From Ylistrum balloti (taxonomy: Eukaryota), in contig NW_026782055.1 of assembly GCF_031769215.1 (NCBI RefSeq), positions 992,001 to 1,056,000 on the forward strand: DNA of 64,000 bases, in the 5' to 3' direction. This document shows, one piece after another, positions 52,201-62,040 of this stretch. The notes below the pieces were generated by a model, which ran no database searches, was not told the DNA's origin, and worked only from the letters and a program-made list of their open reading frames with translations. A program made the position numbers and the translations under genes. The stretch's first letter is position 1. The number at the start of each line of letters is the position of its first letter.

Positions 52201-55200
52201 GAGATTCGTGTTCGCCTGTCTGGGTTGTCTGACCTTTTTGAATGATTCGTGTTCGCCTGTCTGGGTTGTCTGACCTTTTTGAGTGATTTGTGTTCGCCTG
52301 TCTAGACTGTCTTACCTTTTTGAGTGATTCGTGTTCGCCTGTCTGGGGTGTCTGACCTTTTTGAGTGATTTGTGTTCGCCTGTCTGGATTGTCTTACCTT
52401 TTTGAGTGATTCGTAGTAGACCATATGTATAGGGTATTCAGGGTTTTCTGCCATGACTTTCTCCCATTTAAGAGTATATTGGAACCAATCTGCAACACAG
52501 ATCATTCAGTCAGAGTATATTGGAACCAATCTGCAACACAGATCATTCAGTCAGAGTATATTGGAACCAATCTGCAACACAGATCATTCAGTCAGAGTAT
52601 ATTGGAACCAGTCTGAAACACACATCATTCAGTCAGAGTATATTGGAACCAGTCTGAAACACACAACATTCAGTCAGAGTATATTGGAACCAGTCTGAAA
52701 CACACAACATTCAGTCAGAGTATATTGGAACCAGTCTGAAACAGGCATCATTCAATCGGAGATAGGAAAAAAAAACTTCTGTTTTTTGTGTGTTTTTTTT
52801 CAATATTCGTATGATAATTCTAGTAGATTAGTTTACCGGGATGTTCTAATACATTGCTGACGAAATCTCTAAACGTTGGTCTTTCATTTTCTGGTTTCAT
52901 TTTGTTCATATGATTGTAAGCTGATACAATCACATCTTTCGGATTTCTTTGGACAAAAATAATCTTAAGATGTTTCTTCGTGACGTCAGAGGGCAACACC
53001 CGGAAAGGTAGGTGAGTATTAAGTATCCTAGGTGATGCCACGTTGTCGAATTCCTCTGGGTAATGCAGCTCCATCATGGCGTCCTCCTTTATTTGGGTGA
53101 GGTACTTAAGCTCTCCCGTCACCAGCATGTTGGCTATCTCCCATACCCAGTGCGTACCTGTGATAAAAACAAGGTTAATACCACTAGTAGGGTCTGATAT
53201 TGCCATGCATGTGTCTTGTGTGATGACAGCAGATATAAATTCTACAGATATCCTCGTTTGAACAGTAAAAGACCAAATGTGTAATACATATATAATCGTT
53301 TAAACGTGTGTAATTAACCTGACTAGATAACCCATTCTCAGATCTTCAGTATGCTTCCTTACCCACGATGTCAACACTATATATCATCGTGATCCACCTG
53401 TAACCATCATAGTGTTGCTTTCTGTACGGTAATAGCAGCTTGGTAGTCTCTGACACGTGACCTAGAACGGATGACTTCTGACATATGACCTTTATGTGGT
53501 AGTCTCTGACACGTGACCTAGAACGGATGACTTCTGACATATGACCTTGATGTAGTAGTCTCTGACACGTGACCTAGTACCAATAAATACTGACGTTTGA
53601 CCTTTACATGGTAGTCGCTGACATTGACCTTGTTCAAATAACTTCTGATGCGTGACCTTTGCGTGGTAGCCTCTGACACGTGACCTTGAACGAATGACGT
53701 GTGACATTTAAGATGGCTCCTGACTCAAAACAAAAAATAAATGATGGAAATGTTACACTAATGACGACAAAATAGCTTAAAGTTTCCAAATCTACAAAAA
53801 ATCCATTTTAGTCCCGTCAAACTGCCTCCATACCTGACTTTGGATAGGCACACAGAAAAATGTCGTCATTTCGACATTTCATGTCCTTGATCTTCGGTAG
53901 ATTTAAACGTAGATCAGGAAAAAATCCGCCTTTGAAGAGTTTTCCATAGGGTTGAGTGAGGTCGTCTTGACCGCTGACCTTCCAGCGACTGAATTGTCCT
54001 CCGTCCGGACCAGTGTAATGGGTTAAATCACACTCCGGAACTTCCACTGTTAAACAAGGAAAGCTATCATTGTATTTCCTAGATATTGTGTTAAACAGGT
54101 AGTCGTGAACAGTGGATTACTAGGTTACTTTACATTGATTAGACAACCGAGAATCTCTAACGAGGTTAGGTGTTTCTCGTCACGTCCATTTCCCAACAAT
54201 ACTGACTGAAACATAATACAAGTATGGGTATCGGAAAAGGTCAGCCTCTTTGGCTTTATAAACGACACTCGTAATGAAAATCTTTGTCAGTCCAAAAACG
54301 ATAACAACAAGGACAACGTAAACGAGAAAACCACTAGGCACACTAACGAACAACTTCATATCGTACAAAAAAACATAGCGTATCCCTCGTAGATCATTGT
54401 AACGACAATACGTCTTTTGTTAAAAAAATGATAAAACTTTACGTATATTGTACACATAATAAAAATGCTAACTGTGTATACATTAGCCACTTTTGGACAT
54501 GTGTATCTCATTAAGTAGTTAGCTTATACTTATAAAAATAAATTCCAACCAAGTTTGAACTGTTTCTGAAACAAAATATGCTAAAAAATGACATTTTCCT
54601 ATATAAAGTATAGTAAATTTTACCCCCTCCCCAGGTTTACCGTGAGACCCTGGGGTCATGAAATTTACAATTTTTTCTGGTGTAGCATCTGAAGGCCTTC
54701 CATCCATGAAGAGTACTTGATTCTACCATATTCGGGATTCGAGAAAAAGATTTTTGAATTTTCAATCAATTTGACGTTTTTTGTCCCCATTAGGAGTTGG
54801 GGACCATTTAATCTACAATTTTGGTGCGCCTTAGGTCAATGTTCAAAGTCTACGACGCGCGACGCCGGAAAAAAGGGTAAAGTGACCAAAACATGCGGAT
54901 TGATTTTGATTAGAGTTATCTACCTTATACCGATAAGATTAGATGAGTTGTGATATTACAGGTACTTTGTACTTTAGGGTCATATTCCGAGGTCTAATAA
55001 AATGAAAGATTGCCAACAAAAAGATGTCGTAATTCTTGTTTCACATTAAGATCGTCTACCACATCAACACTCGTAGTATTCCATCGTGTATGTGGACCTT
55101 TCAGAAACCACTGCACAATGTATATATAAATAAGTTCCTCTGTCAAGAACAGACAATAGTAGGGATTTTCTGACCCTGTGTTTCCGTCGTGACAATCACA

Positions 55201-55432
55201 GTGGCTACACCAGGCCCCACTTGTATAAAACATCTCAACTTAAGATTTCCTCAAGCCCAGATTTACCTCAGCTAATATCTCATCGAAAATATCTTGTGTG
55301 AAAATTCCTCAATGAATTTCAGGACATCCTAGCCGATGCCTTCCTCCTGTTCCTTGAGAAAATTTATTACAATACCGACAATACACGGCGTATACAGTAC
55401 TTACAAACAGTGTATTTGCCTCGCTTTTCCAT
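46146..55432 (-). CDS. SULT: Cytosolic sulfotransferase (SULT1-like), 6 coding exons, 314 aa: complement(join(46146..46255,48354..48534,52398..52489,52837..53157,53834..54046,55405..55432))
   Basis: GT-AG introns with consistent phases (1,1,1,0,1); 945 nt. Contains the 5'-PAPS motif [27 protein letters not shown] and the 3' motif [13 protein letters not shown]. Confidence 0.93.
46432..47170. repeat. Purine/G-rich minisatellite, 94-bp unit, in SULT intron 5
   Basis: Period 94 (46437, 46531, 46625); ~8 copies. Confidence 0.95.
47686..47753 (-). mobile_element. tRNA(Thr-AGT)-like SINE head or tRNA pseudogene
   Basis: Minus strand: TAGCTTGATCGGTTTAGAG (A box), CTGACTAGTAAGCC (anticodon-like loop), GGGTTTGCATCC (degenerate B box); too diverged to be a functional tRNA. 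Confidence 0.55.
47780..48290. mobile_element. Non-autonomous HINE/Helentron-like repeat remnant
   Basis: Motifs such as catgtgaaatttgagaaagatcc, duplicated gatcagttcc, and gacagacgga near the end. Confidence 0.4.
48354..48534 (-). CDS. SULT: SULT coding exon 5 ([14 protein letters not shown]...CRFSNMK...MYRK)
   Basis: Not in the ORF track; translated by hand. Acceptor ttcccttaatag|, donor AAAG|gtaagt. Confidence 0.94.
49390..52412. repeat. Minisatellite, 41-bp unit (gattcgtgttcgcctgtctgggttgtctgacctttttgagt) spanning the SULT exon 4 donor
   Basis: Period 41 (50521 to 50562); ~73 copies. The last unit is the exon 3' end plus donor. Confidence 0.97.
52398..52489 (-). CDS. SULT: SULT coding exon 4 ([11 protein letters not shown]...YYESLKK); both ends embedded in tandem repeats
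   Basis: Acceptor tgtgttgcag|, donor AAAAAG|gtaaga; 92 nt, phase 1 to 0; matches the SULT W..H/Y..W...YE.LK region. Confidence 0.92.
52472..52750. repeat. Minisatellite, 41-bp unit (cagagtatattggaaccaatctgcaacacagatcattcagt) spanning the SULT exon 4 acceptor
   Basis: Period 41 (52471 to 52512); ~7 copies. The first unit is the acceptor plus exon 5' end. Confidence 0.96.
52837..53157 (-). CDS. SULT: SULT coding exon 3 (GTHWVWEI...[10 protein letters not shown]...[13 protein letters not shown]...VLEHP)
   Basis: Acceptor tttatcacag|, donor CCCG|gtaaac; catalytic His region. Confidence 0.94.
53445..53705. repeat. Diverged ~56-bp tandem repeat (gtagtctctgacacgtgacctagaacggatgacttctgacatatgacc...) in SULT intron 2
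   Basis: Two near-identical copies plus diverged ones. Confidence 0.85.
53834..54046 (-). CDS. SULT: SULT coding exon 2 (...[11 protein letters not shown])
   Basis: Acceptor tgtttaacag|, donor TCAG|gtatgg; PAPS-binding loop. Confidence 0.93.
54530..54900. mobile_element. Non-autonomous HINE/Helentron-like repeat remnant with Cg170-like internal subrepeat
   Basis: ccctggggtcatgaaatttacaatttt ... gaaaaagatttttgaatttt ... ggggaccatttaatctacaattttgg ... gacgcgcgacgccgga; pattern typical of oyster/bivalve HINEs (recognition, not search). Confidence 0.5.
55405..55432 (-). CDS. SULT: SULT coding exon 1 (MEKRGKYTV)
   Basis: ATG at 55432; donor T|gtaagt (phase 1) fits exon 2, which begins TG GAA. 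An acceptor (tatttacatag|) at 55480 suggests an upstream non-coding exon. Confidence 0.6.
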
Positions 55433-55849
55433 GTTTCCCTTGCTAGTTCACCGTGACGTACATGTAAGAAGAGACTTATCTATGTAAATAAGGACACTAT
55501 GTGTATAGTGTCAGAATCGTCACTGTGAGATAACTGCCCCGGTAGCTACTGCGTTTTGTGTCAATACATACTTAAAGAAAGAAGAAAACCGACTGTCTTT
55601 GCGAACCTGCTTCATCATCAGAATACGTCTTATACAATTACACAATCAATGTAAACAGAATTCAGTGAACACAGCATCTCCATAGAGTATCACCAGCAAA
55701 ATAACAGTTATAGGTAAGCTTAGTCTAATACTACAGCTTACAGGCCAGAGTACGACTGTCCTAACTATAACCAAGATCTCAAGATTTTATTTGGTATACT
55801 CAAGCACATGAAATTACGTGTAATGGAAAGGAGTGATAAAAAGCACTCT

Positions 55850-55912
55850 ACCTCCGCCAGGGTACGAACTAGCGATTTATCGGCCCAAGCTGGACACTCT
55901 ACCAAAGGGAAA
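55850..55912 (-). mobile_element. Degenerate tRNA-like SINE head
   Basis: Minus strand GGTAGAGTGTCCAGC...CGCTAGTTCGTACCCTGGC resembles A/B boxes. Confidence 0.3.
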
Positions 55913-56177
55913 TTCCCACCAGTCAGTGCTAGTAAGCTCTCAACATCTACATCTGTAGCATGAGAACATACAAAAGAAATAAACGTGATAAGTTGGGTAG
56001 TAATGTTATGTAAATGAGTTAAGGAACTGCGTACGATGAATTGTCTTCAACCAAAATTAAAATAAAAAAACATTTATTTTCAAAAGAATGTTAGATTGTT
56101 TAGAACTCAAATATTGACGAAATACTTGGATTCGTAATAATGTACTTAGTCATGTAGCTATTCGTATCAATAAAGAC

Positions 56178-56323
56178 AGTGGAATTCATCACCACGTTCT
56201 AGCGGAATTCATCACAAGGTTCTAGTGGAATTCATCTCCAGGTTTTAGCGGAATTCATCTCCAGATTTTAGCGGAATTCATCACCAGGTTCTAGCGGAAT
56301 TCATCACCAGGTTGTAGCGGAAT
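56178..56323. repeat. Minisatellite, 23-bp unit (ggaattcatcaccaggttctagc), left segment
   Basis: About 6 copies; same unit as 60482-61472. Confidence 0.93.
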
Positions 56324-56589
56324 TTTTTGGGGTTTTTTTTGTTTTGTTTTTTGTTTTTTTTTTATATATATATATATTTTTTAAAACATTTTAACGGATT
56401 TAATCTAACCTAAAATTTAGTAAACGAAATGTAAACAAATACTAACTTGTACAAAGACTTCACAAAGATTGTTGTCAGAAGTTGTCAGTCATACAACATA
56501 ATGAAATGCTCTCTACATGAATAGACATGAAAATGGGGCAAAGTCACAATTGGCCGAGTTGCGGGATGAGTGCAATGTTATATGGTATT

Positions 56590-57080
56590 TATAAGACAAT
56601 TAAGGGTGTTTCATTTGTTGAGTATGTAGGATATTTGTTATAAGAGAGAAAGTTTGGTTGTATTTTATGAATTGGTGCAAAAGAAGGGCATTTGAAGAAA
56701 GAAGTTGCAGCCATTTTTGATCCGGAGATGTTAAAAAATAGACAATGGACATCTAGGGCCCCAAGGTGATTTATATATGGAATTTCGGAAAAATTCTTGT
56801 AGTAGTTTCTTAGAAAATCTGATGACAAGAAAAGTTTCAGAAAATGACTAATTTCCAAAGCCCGGAAAATCCAGAAAAATGTCCGGAATGATTCCATAAT
56901 GAAAGTTGCAAATTTTCAACATATATATATAAACATCCTACAAAGTTTCAAGCTTCTACGTCAAAAACTCTGGGAGGAGTTGATTCTACAAAACTGGTAC
57001 CCCTTTTCCCCCGCCCGCCTGACATTCACCATACTATAATCGGGATTTGCAATATGTGCAACCCGGCCAAAAATAAAACC
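56590..57080. mobile_element. Non-autonomous bivalve-type interspersed repeat inside the block that splits the 23-bp array
   Basis: Motifs caaagtttcaagcttctacgtc..ctctgggaggagttg..cccgcccgcc..gcaacccggcc and gcagccatttttga. Confidence 0.45.
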
Positions 57081-57857
57081 TGCTCTGGTTGGGTCACGTA
57101 AAACAAGTGACAGGGCGTAAATAACTAGGAATAATATAACCATATTTTGTTACTATAATATGAAGCAGAGGATGAGCTTGATCAAATATCTATGACGTGT
57201 TTATGACTTCACCAACAAGTGTAGAATGTTAGAGGGCAAAGACTCGTATTACATACACCTACACAAAGGTATGATAGGGATCACAGACTTAAATATGTCC
57301 AAAAATACCAGTTTTATTTCGAACTAGTTGTCTTTATTAATTTTTTTTAGGTATATTAAATATTTAATTTCCCAGTAAAAATTTAAAATTAGTTGTAGCA
57401 GAGCCTGATTATAAAGAAAACTGCATTTTCCCTTTGAATCCGTTAATGGTTTTGTTAACTTTTACTAAACAACAGTTACCAATCACAAAACGAAGGTAGA
57501 TCTGAGTACTATCTGTAAAGTCTTCAAATGTTGTTCTTAAAATGTCAAACTGAAATATCAGCAACCGATTTTTAAGCCTTTCATGTTCAAAAATGATTTA
57601 ACAATACTGGTCAGCTATGTCATTAAAAGCATCACAGTAACCCCGCATTGATCCAGTATCAATGTACACAGGTTAAAACACCATAATGTTCAATGACACT
57701 TTTGTGCCCCGTTAAGAGGACAGTCTCCAGTTATCGGCAATGTTTATGTGCATCATCCATTATTTTCCATCTAAACTTCTTTTTTTTTAACATCCATTCT
57801 GTATTTCTGCACCTTCACACACTATTAATGCGTATAAACACCATCTCATCACTATAT

Positions 57858-60481
57858 TTTTCAAAACATACTTTATTCTGTTAATTAATTAATGACATTT
57901 TGTGCTTTATGTAGTAGAAATGTTTTATTTTGCTTTGAGTTAATATCTAAGTATAGATTATCTATTAATGAATTACAATTTTTTTACCTGTTTCTGCTAT
58001 TGTATAAACCTGATTTTGGTATTTCAATTCGTTCCCTGTCTTCCAGATTATCCACGTTATAGTTATAATTATCGTATTAAATTTAATCCAATCCTTATTT
58101 CCATTACAACCAAGCATTATGACTTCACCAGAGATTTGGTCTCTGTATTCTGGAATAGCAAAATCTACTAGCTGACAACACATATTAATAATGTTTTTCA
58201 CATGTGCACATCCATAAAACAGATGGTAAATAGCAAACTTTACAAAAATGACATTTCCCATTAGAGTTCCCAAACTTGCTTATTTTAGAATCTGTATATA
58301 TTATATTATGAATGCATTTCCATTGAAATTCTTTCATTTTTGGTAGTAATCGATAAACCAATATTATTCCAAATCCAAATTCCCATTTAACTTGACAGTT
58401 TGGTTTAACTTCATCATCAAGGTTTTCAATTTAACTTTTTTAAACGGGATTTTTCGATGGCTCTTATCAATTAAATCACAGTCAACATCAATTTTAGGAT
58501 ATGCACATTGCTCCATTTGATTTTTATTACTTCTCAATAATTTAAGAAATGATCGCTATATTCTGGAAAGTTCAGCTATACAATTGCGCTTATTTGTAAG
58601 TAATTTGTAAATTATCATATCTTCCTTAAAGTCGTTTTTTTTCGTTGTCCCAAATATCGTTGACAGTACAAAGTGCCCTTTTCGTAAAGGAACAAAAGAA
58701 TATTGGATTTTTATTAAACTGAAATGAATGGTTTCCAAATAGGAACTGTTGAAGAGCTTCGGTTTTACACGTTGGCCAATTCGATCTTTGTAGTTCTGAC
58801 CATGCAGATATAATAGACTTATAAAAATCAGAGATATGTGACAGATTTAGATTCCTTACATCTGACAGTTTGCATAAATAGTATGGTACTCTGTATGCTT
58901 ACCTATTGCGTTCCATGTAGCGTTTTCGCTTTTCATTATCGTATAAATAAGTTTAATTTTTTGGCTTAATACATATTATCTTATATCAATAATATCCATC
59001 CCTCCTTCACTCAAATTAAACGACATAGACGCACGTTTAACCAGATCTTTCTTATCATTCCACACAAATTTCCAAATTAAAGAATCAAATACTTTTCTGG
59101 AATACCACGAGTCTCTATTTCGTTACCTATAAGTGACATTGATAAAGACTTGATTAATATCCGTTTACCATAAAGTGTAAGATTTCTACTTTTCCATACA
59201 TGGAGTTATTTTGTTGATTTTACTCTTCCATATGACGTCATCGGCTACTAAATATCCGTGATGGACTCCCAAAGTTTTTTTTACAAATGTACGCGACCAA
59301 CTGATATTCCTAAAAATTGGTTCTTTATTTTTCCAACTACCTAGATATGTACCTGTTGTTTTATTACAATTTATTTTTGAACCTGAAGCTTTTTCATATA
59401 AGTTAAGAATATCAAAAGAATTCACAATAGATTGTTCATCATTATTAAAGAGCTGCGTGTCGTCCGCAAACATATTGATTTTCGCCTCGTTATGATTTGG
59501 AAGTTGTATGCCTTTAATATTAGTGTTACTTCTTATAGAGCATGCAAGAGGTTCAGCTTGTATAATGTACAAAATTGGTGTAATAGAGCATCCCTGCCTA
59601 GCTGAGCGAGATATAGGGGAAAATCAGAAATGTAACCATTTGTATTAATACAAGTTTTTGCATCTTGTACCAGCCCCATGCCACTCTATCCTTCTGCTGA
59701 TAAACAAAGAGGCCTTGAATCAGTCTATTTGCTTCAGTTATATTACGTCCAGGGACGAACCCCTTTTGATCCAGATGAATTACATCTTTTAAATAAGTTT
59801 TAATTCTATCTGCCAGAGTTTTAGCTATGATTTTTTAATCGACATTTAATAGCGTCAGTGGTCTCCAATTACGTATCTCTTCTCTTTCACCGGTTTTATA
59901 AAGTAAGGTTAATATTCCCATAGTCTGAGATGTTAATAAATTACCTGATTGAGAAATTTCTAATAGTACGGCTAGAAAGTCATCCTTAATAGTTTTCCAA
60001 TAATATTGGTAAAATTCCACAGCTACACCGTCCTCTCCAGGAGATTTATTCTTTTTCATTTGGTAGATACATTTTCTAATTTCTTCCTCGGATATTGTTT
60101 TTGCTCTTCAGTTAATTTTTTCTCGACATTTCGAAGAAATGTATCTGCGGCATCGCTGTCCCAGCCATCCGAAGTAAATAGCTTTTTATAAAATTTCTTT
60201 TGTTCCGATAAAATCGCATCAATTCCTTCTTTGTAATTACCATCATCAGCTTTAATTTTATACCATAGTTTTTCGCTAACTCTCTTCTTTTCAAGATTAA
60301 AGAAATATCGAGAAGAAGTTTCATGTTCTTCAAATTCCTTAATTCTAGAGCAAATTCTAAACTCGTTCGATTTTTGGTCATAGTAACATTTAATTTCTTT
60401 ACTGAGTTTATCTATTTCTTTATCATTATCTGGATTATCTGATTTTGATTGTTCCTCAAGTCTGTTTTCTTTTATTTTCAT
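57858..60481 (-). mobile_element. 5'-truncated, frameshifted Tx1/L1-clade non-LTR retrotransposon (ORF2 linker, RT, C-terminal Cys/His region)
   Basis: ORF pieces: SSRYFFNLEK; KNKSPGEDG...EFY...WRPLTLLNVD; QGCS..P.LY...EPLA...MFADDT...YEKASGSKIN..KT; HLFYGC...WIIWK.GN. AATAAA motifs near 57870-57930. Confidence 0.9.
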
Positions 60482-61472
60482 AGGTTCTAATGGAATTCAT
60501 CATCAGGTTCTAGCGGAATTCATCACCAGGTTCTAGCGGAATTCATCTCCAGGTTCTAGTGGAATTCATCTCCGGATTCTAGCGGAATTCATCATCAGGT
60601 TCTAGCGGAATTCATCACCAGGTTCTAGCGGAATTCATCTCCAGGTTCTAATGGAATTCATCATCAGGTTCTAGCGGAATTCATCACCAGGTTCTAGTGT
60701 AATTCATCTCCAGGTTCTAGTGGAATTCATCTCCGGATTCTAGCGGAATTCATCACCAGGTTGTAGCGGAATTCATCACCAGGTTCTAGTGGAATTCATC
60801 TCCAAGTTCTAGTGGAATTCATCACCAGGTTCTAGCGGAATTCATCTCCAGGTTCTAGCGGAATTCATCTCCGGATTCTAGTGGAATTCATTTCCAGGTT
60901 CTAGTGAAATTCATCTCCAGGTTCTAGTAGAATTCATCTCCAGGTTCTAGTGAAATTCATCACCAGGTTCTAGTGGAATTTATCACCAGGTTCTAGTGGA
61001 ATTTATCACCAGGTTCTAGCGGAATTCATCACCAGGTTCTAGCGGAATTCATTTCCGGATTCTAGTGGAATTCATTTCCAGGTTCTAGTGAAATTCATCT
61101 CCAGGTTCTAGAAGAATTCATCTCCAGGTTCTAGTAGAATTCATCTCCAGGTTCTAGTGAAATTCATCACCAGGTTCTAGTAGAATTCATCACCAGGTTC
61201 TAGCGGAATTTATCACCAGGTTCTAGTGGAATTTATCACCAGGTTCTAGCGGAATTCATCACCAGGTTCTAGCGGAATTCATTTCCGGATTCTAGTGGAA
61301 TTCATTTCCAGGTTCTAGTGAAATTCATCTCCAGGTTCTAGAAGAATTCATCTCCAGGTTCTAGTAGAATTCATCTCCAGGTTCTAGTGAAATTCATCAC
61401 CAGGTTCTAGTAGAATTCATCACCAGGTTCTAGCGGAATTTATCACCAGGTTCTAGCGGAATTCATCTCCAG
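60482..61472. repeat. Minisatellite, 23-bp unit (ggaattcatcaccaggttctagc), right segment
   Basis: About 43 copies; directly abuts the truncated 5' end of the Tx1-like LINE. Confidence 0.97.
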
Positions 61473-61474
61473 AT

Positions 61475-62040
61475 TCCGCTTCTCTAACTCGCTCCTTGAC
61501 GCAGTGTAGTTACAGGTATCCTGTTCTAGAATTTTGATTTCGTTAACTTCCAAATGTAAATTTCTCGAGTAAAACTGACGTTTTGGAGATTTTCAAATGT
61601 CTGATATTTTGTATTAATGTATCACATAGACTCTTACTTCTTGCTGATACAAATTATCATCATCAATTCCTTGTCAACTACATTTTGTGTGTATCAGGTT
61701 TATTAAGATATGTTTCATGGGCTCTAACCCTTAAAACCTTATTTGCCCACTTCGGTGCAAGCTTTCTATTAGCCCATATTAAGTATTGCTTAATTTATTT
61801 GTATTCAATAAAATCTGGTTCCAGAAACTGTCGATAACTCGCACGATCATTGTTCGAAGCTCTGAAACTTCACCCTATACTAGATCTATCTAACGTATCC
61901 TCCTTTCCTTCTACTTGTACACTGTGTACTGTGGGACCATTTATCTACAGTACATCACCAGGAAAGGCATTCCTAAATTTTACCCTTTTACCAACTAATT
62001 TCTTCTGTGGTGAGAGAAAATAAAGCATTTTGCACACAGT
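61475..62040 (-). pseudogene. Decayed coding-like segment of unknown origin
   Basis: Minus-strand translation gives protein-like stretches broken by stops and frameshifts (FLEPDFIEYK*IKQYLIWANRKLAPKWANKVLRVRAHETYL; HLEVNEIKILEQD...SELEKRNLE) running into the 23-bp array. No family recognised. Confidence 0.25.

Noticed and set aside
1-61472. Regular short repeats as possible CRISPR arrays
   Set aside because: Units are directly head-to-tail with no unique spacers, there are no cas genes, and the context is eukaryotic and intron-containing.
1-61472. Many units contain 6-bp palindromes (TGTACA, TACGTA, AGTACT, GATATC, GAATTC)
   Set aside because: About a third of 20-40-bp units would contain one by chance; the observed frequency is not clearly higher.
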